Source of the DNA: a virus
Taxonomy: Duplodnaviria > Heunggongvirae > Uroviricota > Caudoviricetes
IMG/VR virus record: IMGVR_UViG_3300037424_000495
Location: 64,001 to 128,000 of that record
Direction: 5' to 3' (one strand)
DNA length: 64,000 bases
In this document: piece after piece, positions 47,717 to 57,018 of the stretch
Numbering within the stretch: the stretch's first letter is position 1
How the letters are laid out: each line of letters opens with the position of its first letter
Notes under the pieces: model-generated
Told to the model about the DNA's origin: nothing
Seen by the model: only the letters and a program-made list of their open reading frames with translations
Databases searched by the model: none
Position numbers and translations under genes: made by a program

Positions 47717-48202
47717 ATGTTGATAATGAATTATAGACACGGTCTTGCTGACACACCACTTCATTATGTGTGGAGAGCAATGCGTCAGCGTTGCACTAAT
47801 CGGAACAACAAGCGTTACAAACATTATGGTGCTCGCGGTGTGCATGTCTGCCAAGCGTGGAATGACTTCGGTGTCTTCTATACTTGGGCGATGGCTAATG
47901 GATATCGGCCTGGGTTGACACTTGATCGGAAGCGGACGAATGGTAATTATTGTCCGTCGAATTGTCGCTTCGCCAGTTTTTCGCAACAGGCTCAGAGTCG
48001 CCGTAAGCGTCCGGGAAGATCATCTCGTTTTATCGGCGCGTCATTCCGCAAGGAACATGGTGACTATGTTGCCTATGTGAAATTATTGGGGCAGCAACGA
48101 GTCTTAGGTTACTTTCCTACGGAAGAGACGGCTGCGGTGGCACGGGACACTTATGTGCGGGAGCATTATGACGAATTCGCAACATTGAATGAGGTAGCAT
48201 AA
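47717..48202 (+). CDS. HNH-like + AP2-domain homing endonuclease-type protein
   Basis: MRQRC...YGARGVHVC..W..F..F..WA...GY..LTLDR...GNYCPSNCR; SRFIGASF...LGYF.TEE.AA.ARD. Confidence 0.85.
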   Translation: MLIMNYRHGLADTPLHYVWRAMRQRCTNRNNKRYKHYGARGVHVCQAWNDFGVFYTWAMANGYRPGLTLDRKRTNGNYCPSNCRFASFSQQAQSRRKRPGRSSRFIGASFRKEHGDYVAYVKLLGQQRVLGYFPTEETAAVARDTYVREHYDEFATLNEVA

Positions 48203-48830
48203 TGAATCGGGAGAGTTGGCTAGTTGCCTGTTTGGATCAATTGCGACCTGATTTCTTAAATGCGGGATTTGAGTTGCCGCAGAAGATTCGTGTCTCATGC
48301 TCGTGGCCCTCGAAAAGTGGCCTGGCTGTTAAGCGAAAACGCATTGGCGAGGCTTGGTCATCAAAGAATAGCGGTGACAATTCGTTTGAGGTTTTCATAA
48401 GTCCGGTTTTGAAAGACCCTGTTGAAGTGTCTGCTACTTTGGTACATGAATTGTGCCACTGTGCAGTCGGACTAGAAGACGGCCATAAAGGTAAGTTTCC
48501 GAAATGTGCGAAGGCTCTTGGTTTGGAAGGGAAAATGACGGCAACTACTGCCGGGGAAGAATTACGAAAGCAACTTGAAAACTTACAACCGAGATCGGGG
48601 CTTATCCACACGCCGAGTTGAAGCATTCTAATGCTCCAAAGACTCAGAGCACCCGAATGCACAAAGTCGTGTGCGTTGAGTGTGGTTGTATTTGTCGCAT
48701 GACGCAGAAGTGGCTTGATGAATGCGGATCGCCGACGTGTGCGTGCGGGAGTGCGATGTATCCTGAAGGCGACGTACCTGAAACTAAGTTGCTTGAGGAG
48801 TCTGAGGAGTTAGAAATAGCCGGAGTGTAA
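48202..48830 (+). pseudogene. SprT-like zinc metalloprotease, split by an apparent -1 frameshift at 48578-48581
   Basis: LVHELCH; the -1 frame continues EIGAYPHAEL...KTQSTRMHKVVCVECG...CAC. Confidence 0.7.
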
Positions 48831-48835
48831 ATTGA

Positions 48836-49597
48836 ATGAGTATTGTATATAAGACAAAATATGTTGCTTACTACCGTGTTAGCACTAAGAAACAGGGTGT
48901 GAGTGGCTTAGGGCTTGAAGCTCAGCAACGAGATGCGAATGCGTTGGTTCTCCGTAATAATGGTCAAATTATTGCAGAGTATATTGAAGTTGAAACCGGC
49001 AAAATGGCCGAGCGCCCGAAATTGTTGGAGGCCATGCAACATGCTCGGTTGGCAAATGCGACGCTTGTTGTCGCAAAATTAGATCGACTCGCACGCAACG
49101 CTTTATTTACTATGTCGCTTCAGAAATCGGGTTTACCCTTTGTTTGTTGTGATAATGAACATGCCACACCGTTGACTATCGCGTTTTTAGCTTTGATTGC
49201 AGAACATGAGGCGGATCAAATTCGTGCACGGACTAAAGCGGCTTTAAAAAGCGCCAAGAATCATGGCGTCTTACTTGGCTCGAATCGAATTGGATTCTGG
49301 GATGCGCCTGATCGCCAAGCAGCGCGGAAACGCGGACAAGAAAAGGGGTTGCCCAAGGCATGGGCCGCCAATGCCGAAAGGGCACGTAAACATTATTGTG
49401 AGTTTCTAATGCCAGAGATTGAACGCCGGCGGGGAGCAGGCGAGACGTTGCAACAAATTACTGATTGGCTCAATAGTCAAGGATTCACAACACGTCGAAA
49501 ACGGCTGTTTACTGTCAATAAGGTGTCGGAGTTAATCACACGGTATTTAGACGCAAAGTATCTTGGTAATAAAAAGCACGTCTTAAATAAAACATGA
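48836..49597 (+). CDS. Serine recombinase (resolvase/invertase family with C-terminal extension)
   Basis: YYRVSTKKQ..SGLGLEAQ, RPKL, AKLDRLARN. Confidence 0.9.
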   Translation: MSIVYKTKYVAYYRVSTKKQGVSGLGLEAQQRDANALVLRNNGQIIAEYIEVETGKMAERPKLLEAMQHARLANATLVVAKLDRLARNALFTMSLQKSGLPFVCCDNEHATPLTIAFLALIAEHEADQIRARTKAALKSAKNHGVLLGSNRIGFWDAPDRQAARKRGQEKGLPKAWAANAERARKHYCEFLMPEIERRRGAGETLQQITDWLNSQGFTTRRKRLFTVNKVSELITRYLDAKYLGNKKHVLNKT

Positions 49598-49977
49598 TTA
49601 TTCGATCAAGTGATGTACACATTGATTTTGATCGTGCTCGCATCGGTTTTACCCTCGCAGCGGAGAAATGGAGTGTAGTTTGTGATACACGCCTGATGTC
49701 ACAATGGCGTGTGATGATTCCTGACCATTTACGGAAAACATTTTTAGAGTTGGCACGTGACTTTGCTAAACAAGGCGAAAACTGCCAGCTACTTACAGTT
49801 GAAGGGCGAGTTGAAATTTATTGTGAGAAATGTAGTTCTAGTTTAGGTGAATACACTCGAATGCCTGGATGTAGTGTGGCTACATTTCGAGTGCCACCGT
49901 GTAAAACGTGTTTGGAAAATGCGTATGACGAAGGGGGACGGGAAGGTTACGATTTTGGCTCAGACCCACCATATTAA
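49594..49977 (+). CDS. Hypothetical protein with Zn ribbon
   Basis: CEKC...CKTC. Confidence 0.5.
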   Translation: MIIRSSDVHIDFDRARIGFTLAAEKWSVVCDTRLMSQWRVMIPDHLRKTFLELARDFAKQGENCQLLTVEGRVEIYCEKCSSSLGEYTRMPGCSVATFRVPPCKTCLENAYDEGGREGYDFGSDPPY

Positions 49978-50014
49978 AATTTACTTGCACTGAAATCTTG
50001 GAGTTTAATATTCG

Positions 50015-50917
50015 ATGCCACTAATTTGTTATAAATCTAAATCATTTCGTGCGGACACTCAAACACGTATCGATCAGGCTAATCAAATAATTGCAGAGTA
50101 CCAAGCACAAGGTTTCAAATTGACGCTTCGCCAAATATACTACCAGTTTGTTAGCCGCGATTTGATTCCAAATACGGTGCAATCATATAAGAATCTCGGT
50201 GATGTCGTGAATGATGGTCGTTTAGCCGGTTTGATTGATTGGGGTGCAATTGAAGATCGCACACGAAATTTGCAGAGCAGTCCACATTGGTCGAGTCCCC
50301 GGGCCATTGTTCGAGCTTGTGCCGATCAATTTGCTGTAGATTTATGGGCGACGCAGGAAAATTATGTGGAAACCTGGATTGAAAAAGAGGCGCTTGTTGG
50401 AGTAATTGAAGGTGTTTGCTCTGAATTAGATGTACCCTATTTTGCTTGTCGAGGGTACACGAGTCAGAGTGAAATGTGGGGCGCAGCGCAACGCTTGCTT
50501 GAACGAGAACAACGTGGTAAGAGGACAACGATTATTCATTTAGGCGACCACGATCCAAGCGGCATTGATATGTCACGGGACATTCAAGATCGATTGGAAA
50601 TGTTTGGATCATCGGCTGTGATTCGCCGTATCGCATTGAATTACGATCAAATTGAGAATTATAATCCGCCACCGAATCCAGCGAAGACAACTGATTCGCG
50701 GTATGAAAGTTATCGTGTGTTACATGGCGAAGAAAGTTGGGAACTTGACGCTTTGGAACCGCACACGATTGTGGAGTTAATTCGTGGCGAGATTGAATCA
50801 CATATTGATCGTGACACTTGGGACGATGCTTTACAACAGCAGGATTTAGGCCGCCAGCGTTTAAATCTTGTGTCACAAAAGTGGCACGATGTTATCGGAT
50901 ATTTGGGCGAGAATTAA
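50015..50917 (+). CDS. Topo VI-A/Spo11-like winged-helix + Toprim protein (Mini-A-like)
   Basis: TLRQIYYQF, WIEKEAL, CRGYTS, HLGDHDPSG, WELDALEP. Confidence 0.75.
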   Translation: MPLICYKSKSFRADTQTRIDQANQIIAEYQAQGFKLTLRQIYYQFVSRDLIPNTVQSYKNLGDVVNDGRLAGLIDWGAIEDRTRNLQSSPHWSSPRAIVRACADQFAVDLWATQENYVETWIEKEALVGVIEGVCSELDVPYFACRGYTSQSEMWGAAQRLLEREQRGKRTTIIHLGDHDPSGIDMSRDIQDRLEMFGSSAVIRRIALNYDQIENYNPPPNPAKTTDSRYESYRVLHGEESWELDALEPHTIVELIRGEIESHIDRDTWDDALQQQDLGRQRLNLVSQKWHDVIGYLGEN

Positions 50918-50959
50918 AGGTCGTATCTAAGAATCAATAAAATATAGACTAGCTGGAAG

Positions 50960-51181
50960 GTGGAGCTTATGCCAATTGAACGAATAATAAAAGGCGACTA
51001 TGAATTTCTGATCTGGGAGAAATGTCTTCAAGTCCACTGTGGTGATGATTGGTCAACGGTATTTAATCTTCAACGGCCTGTGACGCCGGGAGACATTGAA
51101 TTTATTCTTCGTTGTTTGAATGTAGGCGAATCGAACCACAAAAATAAAGTCAGAAAAGCTATGGCGTTTCTTAATGATTAA
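50960..51181 (+). CDS. Small hypothetical protein
   Basis: + strand chain. Confidence 0.45.
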   Translation: MELMPIERIIKGDYEFLIWEKCLQVHCGDDWSTVFNLQRPVTPGDIEFILRCLNVGESNHKNKVRKAMAFLND

Positions 51182-51218
51182 GATAAATAATCATACTTGA
51201 CTAAGGAGTTGTGATTAA

Positions 51219-51416
51219 ATGTTTAGATACCTTCTATTACTCATGATTCTGGCTTTATTGTGTGGTTGTAGTAAGCCTGTCCACTGTGATTACGTGTACG
51301 TTGATCGTGATACTAATCAAATTTATGTTGTACGGCGTGTAACTAGCACGTCACCAGAATTCGCACAGTCTCGCTTTATTTTATTAAAAGTCAAGGAAAG
51401 TCCTTCTCTAAAATAG
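51219..51416 (+). CDS. Small lipoprotein
   Basis: AAGGAG RBS; LLCGC lipobox. Confidence 0.55.
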   Translation: MFRYLLLLMILALLCGCSKPVHCDYVYVDRDTNQIYVVRRVTSTSPEFAQSRFILLKVKESPSLK

Positions 51417-51445
51417 TTAATCCGGCGTATAAAATACGGAGGTAG

Positions 51446-51628
51446 TTGACCTGCATGAAATATAGGTTAGTACAGGATGAAGATTGCCATTGGTATTGTA
51501 TTCCAGTTTCTTTAGTGACTAAGTTTAAGGATGCTTTGTACAGCGAGTCAGAAGACTTCATTGAGCAATTCGGTGAATACAGAGTTGATAGTCCAAAAGC
51601 AATTGAATTCGAGAAACCAGGGTGGTAA
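51446..51628 (+). CDS. Small hypothetical protein
   Basis: GGAGG RBS; LVQDEDCHWYCIP. Confidence 0.55.
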   Translation: MTCMKYRLVQDEDCHWYCIPVSLVTKFKDALYSESEDFIEQFGEYRVDSPKAIEFEKPGW

Positions 51629-51928
51629 ATGTTCATTCATGTAGAAGTAAACTGGCAAGACTTTCGCGGTGACGTTGGGGAAGATATTGCTTCTATTGAA
51701 AGTCGGTTTAAGAGTGGTTTTTGGCCTAACAAAGTAGAAATATATAATTATAAGAAATTCTCTTGTCTGCTATCCAGTTGGTGTGAAGTGGCTTTAGAGT
51801 TCGATTTATGGACCGATGCAGTGCAAAATGCTGCCTATGAATTGCTAAATAGGTGGAGTCGCACTAGTAGTTTTCACGTAAGTTATACCGAAATCCAGCC
51901 GCCAGTATTGATTGCAACGCCCTTATGA
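51629..51928 (+). CDS. Hypothetical protein
   Basis: + strand chain. Confidence 0.5.
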   Translation: MFIHVEVNWQDFRGDVGEDIASIESRFKSGFWPNKVEIYNYKKFSCLLSSWCEVALEFDLWTDAVQNAAYELLNRWSRTSSFHVSYTEIQPPVLIATPL

Positions 51929-52137
51929 AACAACTTAATCCGTCGATGATACCCGAGATTCGATCCGCAAGTCATCCGCATCCAGTTGATGAGGTGCGTG
52001 CTTTATCAGCACAAGAAATAATGGAGCGAGCGGGCGTGACGAATATGTTAAAAGGAAGGATACTTCGTTTAAAGTTGTTTATACATACATACGCACCGGA
52101 GAAACAAGCAAATGCCCAAACCAGAAAACATTCATGA
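51925..52137 (+). CDS. Small hypothetical protein
   Basis: ATGA overlap. Confidence 0.45.
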   Translation: MKQLNPSMIPEIRSASHPHPVDEVRALSAQEIMERAGVTNMLKGRILRLKLFIHTYAPEKQANAQTRKHS

Positions 52138-52405
52138 GTATTTTAGTCTTAGTTACGCGAGTTGGCTAGTGTTGCCACGAGTTATTTTGGAAGCAATGCC
52201 GGAAGACTGGCAGCGTCAATTCGTTGAAATGTTGGATCAGGTGAATGAGACATTTGATTGGTGCCCACAGGATTTAAGCTTTCAAGTAATCGGCCGGCAG
52301 CGTGGACGGCTAACATCTTTACCTGAAGTTTTATGTAGTTATCGGCACCCGGTGCGCAAGGACATTGAAGCGTTAAGATGCGACGGCAAAATATCTGGTC
52401 GCTAA
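52112..52405 (+). CDS. Hypothetical protein
   Basis: FSLSYASWLVLPRVILEAMPEDWQ. Confidence 0.6.
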   Translation: MPKPENIHEYFSLSYASWLVLPRVILEAMPEDWQRQFVEMLDQVNETFDWCPQDLSFQVIGRQRGRLTSLPEVLCSYRHPVRKDIEALRCDGKISGR

Positions 52406-52422
52406 ATATGTCTACCGTCAAT

Positions 52423-52458
52423 TTTGTAGTTGATCCTAGTTTGAAATGAAACAGCAAG
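52423..52458 (+). CRISPR. Solitary CRISPR repeat unit
   Basis: TTTGTAGTTGATCCTAGTTTGAAATGAAACAGCAAG; 33/36 identical to the GATCC array variant. Confidence 0.9.
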
Positions 52459-52473
52459 AAGGTTTAATCAACA

Positions 52474-53919
52474 ATGTTTTTACGCATTTGTAATCCTGGT
52501 GAAGCACCTGTTGAAGGTTACACGTTACTCGGTGTCAGTACAACTCGGAACTGCGGTATTGCCGGTACAATTGGGCAGTTTGGCAGCGGTGCAAAACATG
52601 CGATCAATGTGATTTTGCGGGCTGGCTTGAAAGTGATAATTTACTGTGGCCCGACGAAACTGGAATTTCTTACGTGTGACGACGAAATCAATGATGGCCT
52701 CACAACGAAGGCTGTCAAGCGTGTATTCTGTCGCATGGGTGGCACGTCTACGCGGACAATCGACTTAGGTTGGGTGCTTGATTTTGGTGCAATTGACTGG
52801 ACTGATCTTGGCATGGCGTTGCGAGAATTCATCAGTAATGCAATTGATCGCACAATTCGTCAGACAGGTGATTTTATTCCGGCGATGCGTGATGGTGATT
52901 TATCTGTCACTATGGTTGAAGATGAGAAACTGCGGGCGAAGACTGGGTACACCCAGGCGTTTATTCAGATCAATCCAGATGTGGAACAGTATCAACGGGA
53001 ATTATCACGGCGTTTTCTTCATTTTTCTGAACGTCCTGAGCAGGTTAAGCAATCACTTCTTCCGAAGGCAAATCGCAATTTGAACGGCAGTAAGGCCGCG
53101 ATGATTTATCGTGAAGGCGTATTTGTACGGGAGTTTAATGTCACCGATGCAAAATCGGTGTATGACTACAATTTTAGGGCAGATGAATTGCGAATTGATG
53201 AAAGTCGCAATAGCAGCGAATATGATGTGAAGGCTGCATGTGCAAAACTAATGCGAAAAGCAGCAGCTACCGAATTGGTGCCGGTTTTTAGAAGTCTCGT
53301 TGAAAAGGAAGAGATATTTGAAGCCGGACTAGACCCGTACTACATCTGTCCGTCATGGGAAACGCCGGGCGATGAACAGCAACAAAATTGGAAGCAGGCT
53401 TGGCAAACAGTGGCCGGTGATGCCGTGCTTTGCGGTCCGTCGGAAACGGTGATTGAATTTGTGGAGCATAAAGGTGTGGTAGCGAAGTCCATTAAGGTTG
53501 CGGCGTTGGTGGAAGTGGCCCGTCGCTTTGGAATTTTAACCGGCGATCAAGTATTGACCGACAATGAGCGCAAAGGTCGTGAAGTGCTTCCGGCTAGTGA
53601 TACAGCAATACAGGCTGTCCATACTGTGTGGAATTGGCTTGAGAAATTGCAGTTAATTAACGGGGCGACCATACCGCCGGTGGGTTGTTTTCGGGACGTG
53701 GTGAATTCAGGACAACGTCTTCTTGGTTACTGCGACGGTAAAGGCGTCTATCTGGCTGACGACCATGCTAGTGGCGGGGTGAATAAATTGCTTTTAAAAA
53801 CCGCACTGGAAGTATGTGTTCACTGGATCACAGGAGCGACAGATGGCAGCCGAGATGTGCAAGACTTTCTACTTCGGACGGTCATTGAGATCGTCACAGA
53901 GAATTGTTTGCTGAATTAG
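52474..53919 (+). CDS. GHKL-type ATPase with permuted motif order
   Basis: RICNPG and IGQFGSGAK at the N-terminus; LREFISNAID about 75 aa later. Confidence 0.7.
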   Translation: MFLRICNPGEAPVEGYTLLGVSTTRNCGIAGTIGQFGSGAKHAINVILRAGLKVIIYCGPTKLEFLTCDDEINDGLTTKAVKRVFCRMGGTSTRTIDLGWVLDFGAIDWTDLGMALREFISNAIDRTIRQTGDFIPAMRDGDLSVTMVEDEKLRAKTGYTQAFIQINPDVEQYQRELSRRFLHFSERPEQVKQSLLPKANRNLNGSKAAMIYREGVFVREFNVTDAKSVYDYNFRADELRIDESRNSSEYDVKAACAKLMRKAAATELVPVFRSLVEKEEIFEAGLDPYYICPSWETPGDEQQQNWKQAWQTVAGDAVLCGPSETVIEFVEHKGVVAKSIKVAALVEVARRFGILTGDQVLTDNERKGREVLPASDTAIQAVHTVWNWLEKLQLINGATIPPVGCFRDVVNSGQRLLGYCDGKGVYLADDHASGGVNKLLLKTALEVCVHWITGATDGSRDVQDFLLRTVIEIVTENCLLN

Positions 53920-53949
53920 TTTAGATTCAATGCCTTTGGAGACTAGCTG

Positions 53950-54236
53950 ATGGTAGATTTTGTTCGCCCTTTGTTTAGTTTAGGCCAAATAGTTGCCACT
54001 CCGGGAGCGCTGGAAGCGTTGAAAGACGCCGGTCAAGCACCTACTGTCTTTTTACAGCGGCATGTAATTGGTGATTGGGTGACTGTGGCAAGGAAGATGC
54101 CGCTGCCAACGATCAAGCTCTTAAGGATGGCAGCCGTATTTTTAGTGTCTATCATACTCTGAAGAATGAAAAAATATGGATTATTACGGAAGCCGATCGC
54201 GCGTCTACGTGCATTCTTCTTCCGAGTGAATACTAG
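53950..54236 (+). pseudogene. Small hypothetical gene with an apparent -1 frameshift at 54077-54079
   Basis: LGQIVATPGALE...RHVIGDW, then in -1 frame GDCGKEDAAANDQAL...IWIITEADRASTCILLPSEY. Confidence 0.7.
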
Positions 54237-54324
54237 TTTTATCTTACCTATGACTTGCAGGTTTAATGATTGTAAGCTAAAATTGAGACATTAAACCTGT
54301 TACGTAATGAGAGGGAGGTAAACT

Positions 54325-54648
54325 ATGGTTGAACGTGAAATTTTTTCATGGGGTGTGCGTCTTAGTGTGCGGCCTTTTGCAAATGGCGCGTATCCAAATC
54401 TAATTATTCAATCCGAAATAAGTCACTATAAGCCAAGTTGTGGCAGTGAAATTCGGATTACATTTTCAGGTGTGTCGGTAACGCCTCTACGTATCATTGA
54501 TGCCCAGATATGGCGGGAGGCGCTAGAGGCAATCATCAATGAGACGCGATCTGTGGCGAATGAGATGAAGTTATCAGCGAAGCCGGATTCAAAATCGGCG
54601 AAGAAGCAGGCGAAGAAGCCTGTGCGAAAATCAACTAAAAAAAGTTAG
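54325..54648 (+). CDS. Hypothetical protein, basic tail
   Basis: GGAGG RBS. Confidence 0.6.
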   Translation: MVEREIFSWGVRLSVRPFANGAYPNLIIQSEISHYKPSCGSEIRITFSGVSVTPLRIIDAQIWREALEAIINETRSVANEMKLSAKPDSKSAKKQAKKPVRKSTKKS

Positions 54649-54856
54649 TTGGTGGCAAGTTTGTTTTGCGAATGTGGGCCGGAATATATTCATATTTGCG
54701 CCGTAGCGACTCATTGGCGAGGTAAAGTTGTCTTACAACATCCATCATGGCGTCTTCAAAAGTCCAATCGCCATTGTGCCATTGCTGCAACGCCTCTTTG
54801 GCTTCAGTGCAATTTTGTATTAGGTGGAGTGTTGAAGAGCGGAGTGGTTTGTACAT
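54635..54856 (-). CDS. Small hypothetical protein
   Basis: - strand pair with next ORF. Confidence 0.45.
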   Translation of the reverse strand: MYKPLRSSTLHLIQNCTEAKEALQQWHNGDWTFEDAMMDVVRQLYLANESLRRKYEYIPAHIRKTNLPPTNFF

Positions 54857-54883
54857 GTGGAACTTTCTTAGCTAGTTTATAGT

Positions 54884-55414
54884 CTACTGATGGCCGGCAC
54901 TTGTCAATTCTTTTAATGCCTGCAAGACTTGAGTGTCAATCTCGCTAATGATTCGACGCAGTTCTTTATTGTTGTTATGTGTTGCACGAAATGTGCTGCA
55001 TTCTTTCGACTCGGGCGTTCCGGTTTGTTGTAGCAATGTTTTATATGTCTCAAGTAACGGTGGTTCGGGCTTTGTGTCTATAAGATATTTGCCTGCCGGA
55101 ATGAAACCATCTGCACAGAGGATTGTTAAGATCAGTAGCACGTTGCGTGAGCGACGACCGTTGCGGATGGCGTTTGCTTGGCGGTCAATATCACCACAAC
55201 CCGGTAGATTAGGGTTGACGATGTATTCAGGAATAAGCCCTGGTGTGCCTTCAGTTGCCATGTTGAAGTCGAAGTCCTCCCATCCAAAGACGTGACAGAA
55301 ATAGTTTTCGAGTTTCTTAATGTGGACTCGAAAAATTGGCAGTTGCGTCATTTCTAGTTTCGGCTTCGATTTACACGTTGCCGGTCGAGTAGTATGTTCA
55401 CGGTGAAAGTGCAT
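54884..55414 (-). CDS. Hypothetical protein
   Basis: GAGG RBS. Confidence 0.55.
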   Translation of the reverse strand: MHFHREHTTRPATCKSKPKLEMTQLPIFRVHIKKLENYFCHVFGWEDFDFNMATEGTPGLIPEYIVNPNLPGCGDIDRQANAIRNGRRSRNVLLILTILCADGFIPAGKYLIDTKPEPPLLETYKTLLQQTGTPESKECSTFRATHNNNKELRRIISEIDTQVLQALKELTSAGHQ

Positions 55415-55689
55415 CGCAATCCTCTAGGTAAATAAATTCGGGTCGCCCTGCTGTTTTTGCGGCAGCGAGATTTTATACGTGACGTATGCCGACCGGTATG
55501 GCAGGACGTTTACACGCTCTGACGCTGGTCAAGTTGAAGCCACGGTAATAGAAAATGATTAAGCGTCTCATGTCTCTAAAATTGAATCAGTGTGGCCGCG
55601 TGGGGTTGGAGTGACGCGGCGTGGAAATTTGAAAATATTCTGAATAAAACGAGTAAATTTTCGTTAGGTCTATTAGGAGAAATAGTTTT

Positions 55690-56241
55690 ATGCAAAGAGT
55701 CACAGACTTAGCCGATCCGAGACGGTGTAAAGGGTCCAATTCCGAGGGCCAGTGCATCAATCTGTCAGCAGACGGCTCTGAGTATTGTCTTGCGTGCGGC
55801 GGTGTTGATCGCGGTCCCGCGAGACGCTTACGGCAATACTATTTGGCGCAGGCACAAGAACAAGCCAAATTAGCTCATTTCGCAGATCATGAAGATTTAA
55901 AATCGTTGCGGGACGAGATTGGACTTGTTCGCATGATGATTCAAGCGACTTGGAATTCGGCTAAGACAGATGTTGAAAAGTTGCAAGCATATTCTAAAGT
56001 GAATACTTTTTGTTTGACTTTAGAACGGTTGGTAAAAACATGCCAGACGCTTGATCAAAGTATGGGGCATTTGATTGCCAAACCAGCACTTCTCCGATTA
56101 GCACAGAGTATTTGCAACATAGTTGTTACAGGCTTGGAAGGTGTGCCAGATTATGAGGCACGTTGCGATGTTATGATTCCACAGATCATTCAAGCGGTAG
56201 AAAAAATCAATAACCTTGAAACTACGCCGGGGTCAGAATGA
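55690..56241 (+). CDS. Possible terminase small subunit
   Basis: First gene of late block; N-terminal Cys motif, KSLRDEIGLVRMMI helical core; positional inference. Confidence 0.45.
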   Translation: MQRVTDLADPRRCKGSNSEGQCINLSADGSEYCLACGGVDRGPARRLRQYYLAQAQEQAKLAHFADHEDLKSLRDEIGLVRMMIQATWNSAKTDVEKLQAYSKVNTFCLTLERLVKTCQTLDQSMGHLIAKPALLRLAQSICNIVVTGLEGVPDYEARCDVMIPQIIQAVEKINNLETTPGSE

Positions 56242-56456
56242 GTCTTATCTGGTGTGCGTGCGGAAACTTGGTGCGTTACGCTGGTGACGCTCGTTGCGAG
56301 GAGTGTTTTGTTGCAGAGCAACAACGATTAGGCATTTCACGTCGTGGAACGAGTAAACATCTACACAACATTAACACAATGGTTCAGTCGAATCGGGAGG
56401 GCTGCGATGTTCCTTTTTCATCGGAAAATCGTAATGCCCGGCGAGGTCGAGTTTAA
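56238..56456 (+). CDS. Small Cys-motif protein
   Basis: CACG...RCEEC; ATGA overlap. Confidence 0.4.
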   Translation: MSLIWCACGNLVRYAGDARCEECFVAEQQRLGISRRGTSKHLHNINTMVQSNREGCDVPFSSENRNARRGRV

Positions 56457-57018
56457 GGCTGGGGATGTTCTTGGATTCTGTGGTTACACTTGGATCAGTG
56501 CTGCCATCAACATTGCAACTTATGGCATTCCTTTCTGGGGTATTAGCCACGTTGGAATCGTGGGCAGTTGCCCGGACGGTAAACTAAGATTGTTCGAGAG
56601 CACGACTCTTGACGGTAATGTACCGTGTGAGATTACGGGTAAAGCGATCTCGGGGGCGCAAGCCCATAGTATTGATGAGCAGATCAAGCGGTATGCAGGC
56701 AAATGTTACCATTATCCGCTTTACCGCGAGTTGTATCCGCAAGAGGATGAGCGACTCACTGAGTTCTTGGTGGAAACAATCGGTACGCCTTATGATGAGA
56801 TGGGCGCAATGCGTTCGGCCGGCGTCGGTCTATCATCGATTGAATCTCTTTTCCGAGAGCAAAATTTAACTTCGATTTTTTGCAGTGAGTGGGTGGCAGC
56901 AGCGTATGCAGTCATCGGTCTCCATCCAACGGACAATGTAAGTCGTTGGAATCCAAACAGATTGACTCGTCATCTTCGTCGGCATCGTATTCTGTGCAAA
57001 TCACGGAGGCTTAAATGA
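56407..57018 (+). CDS. Permuted papain-like amidase (YiiX/YaeF-like NlpC/P60)
   Basis: GDVL..., SHVGIV, LFES, PYD, FCSEWVAAAY (His before Cys). Confidence 0.75.
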   Translation: MFLFHRKIVMPGEVEFKAGDVLGFCGYTWISAAINIATYGIPFWGISHVGIVGSCPDGKLRLFESTTLDGNVPCEITGKAISGAQAHSIDEQIKRYAGKCYHYPLYRELYPQEDERLTEFLVETIGTPYDEMGAMRSAGVGLSSIESLFREQNLTSIFCSEWVAAAYAVIGLHPTDNVSRWNPNRLTRHLRRHRILCKSRRLK

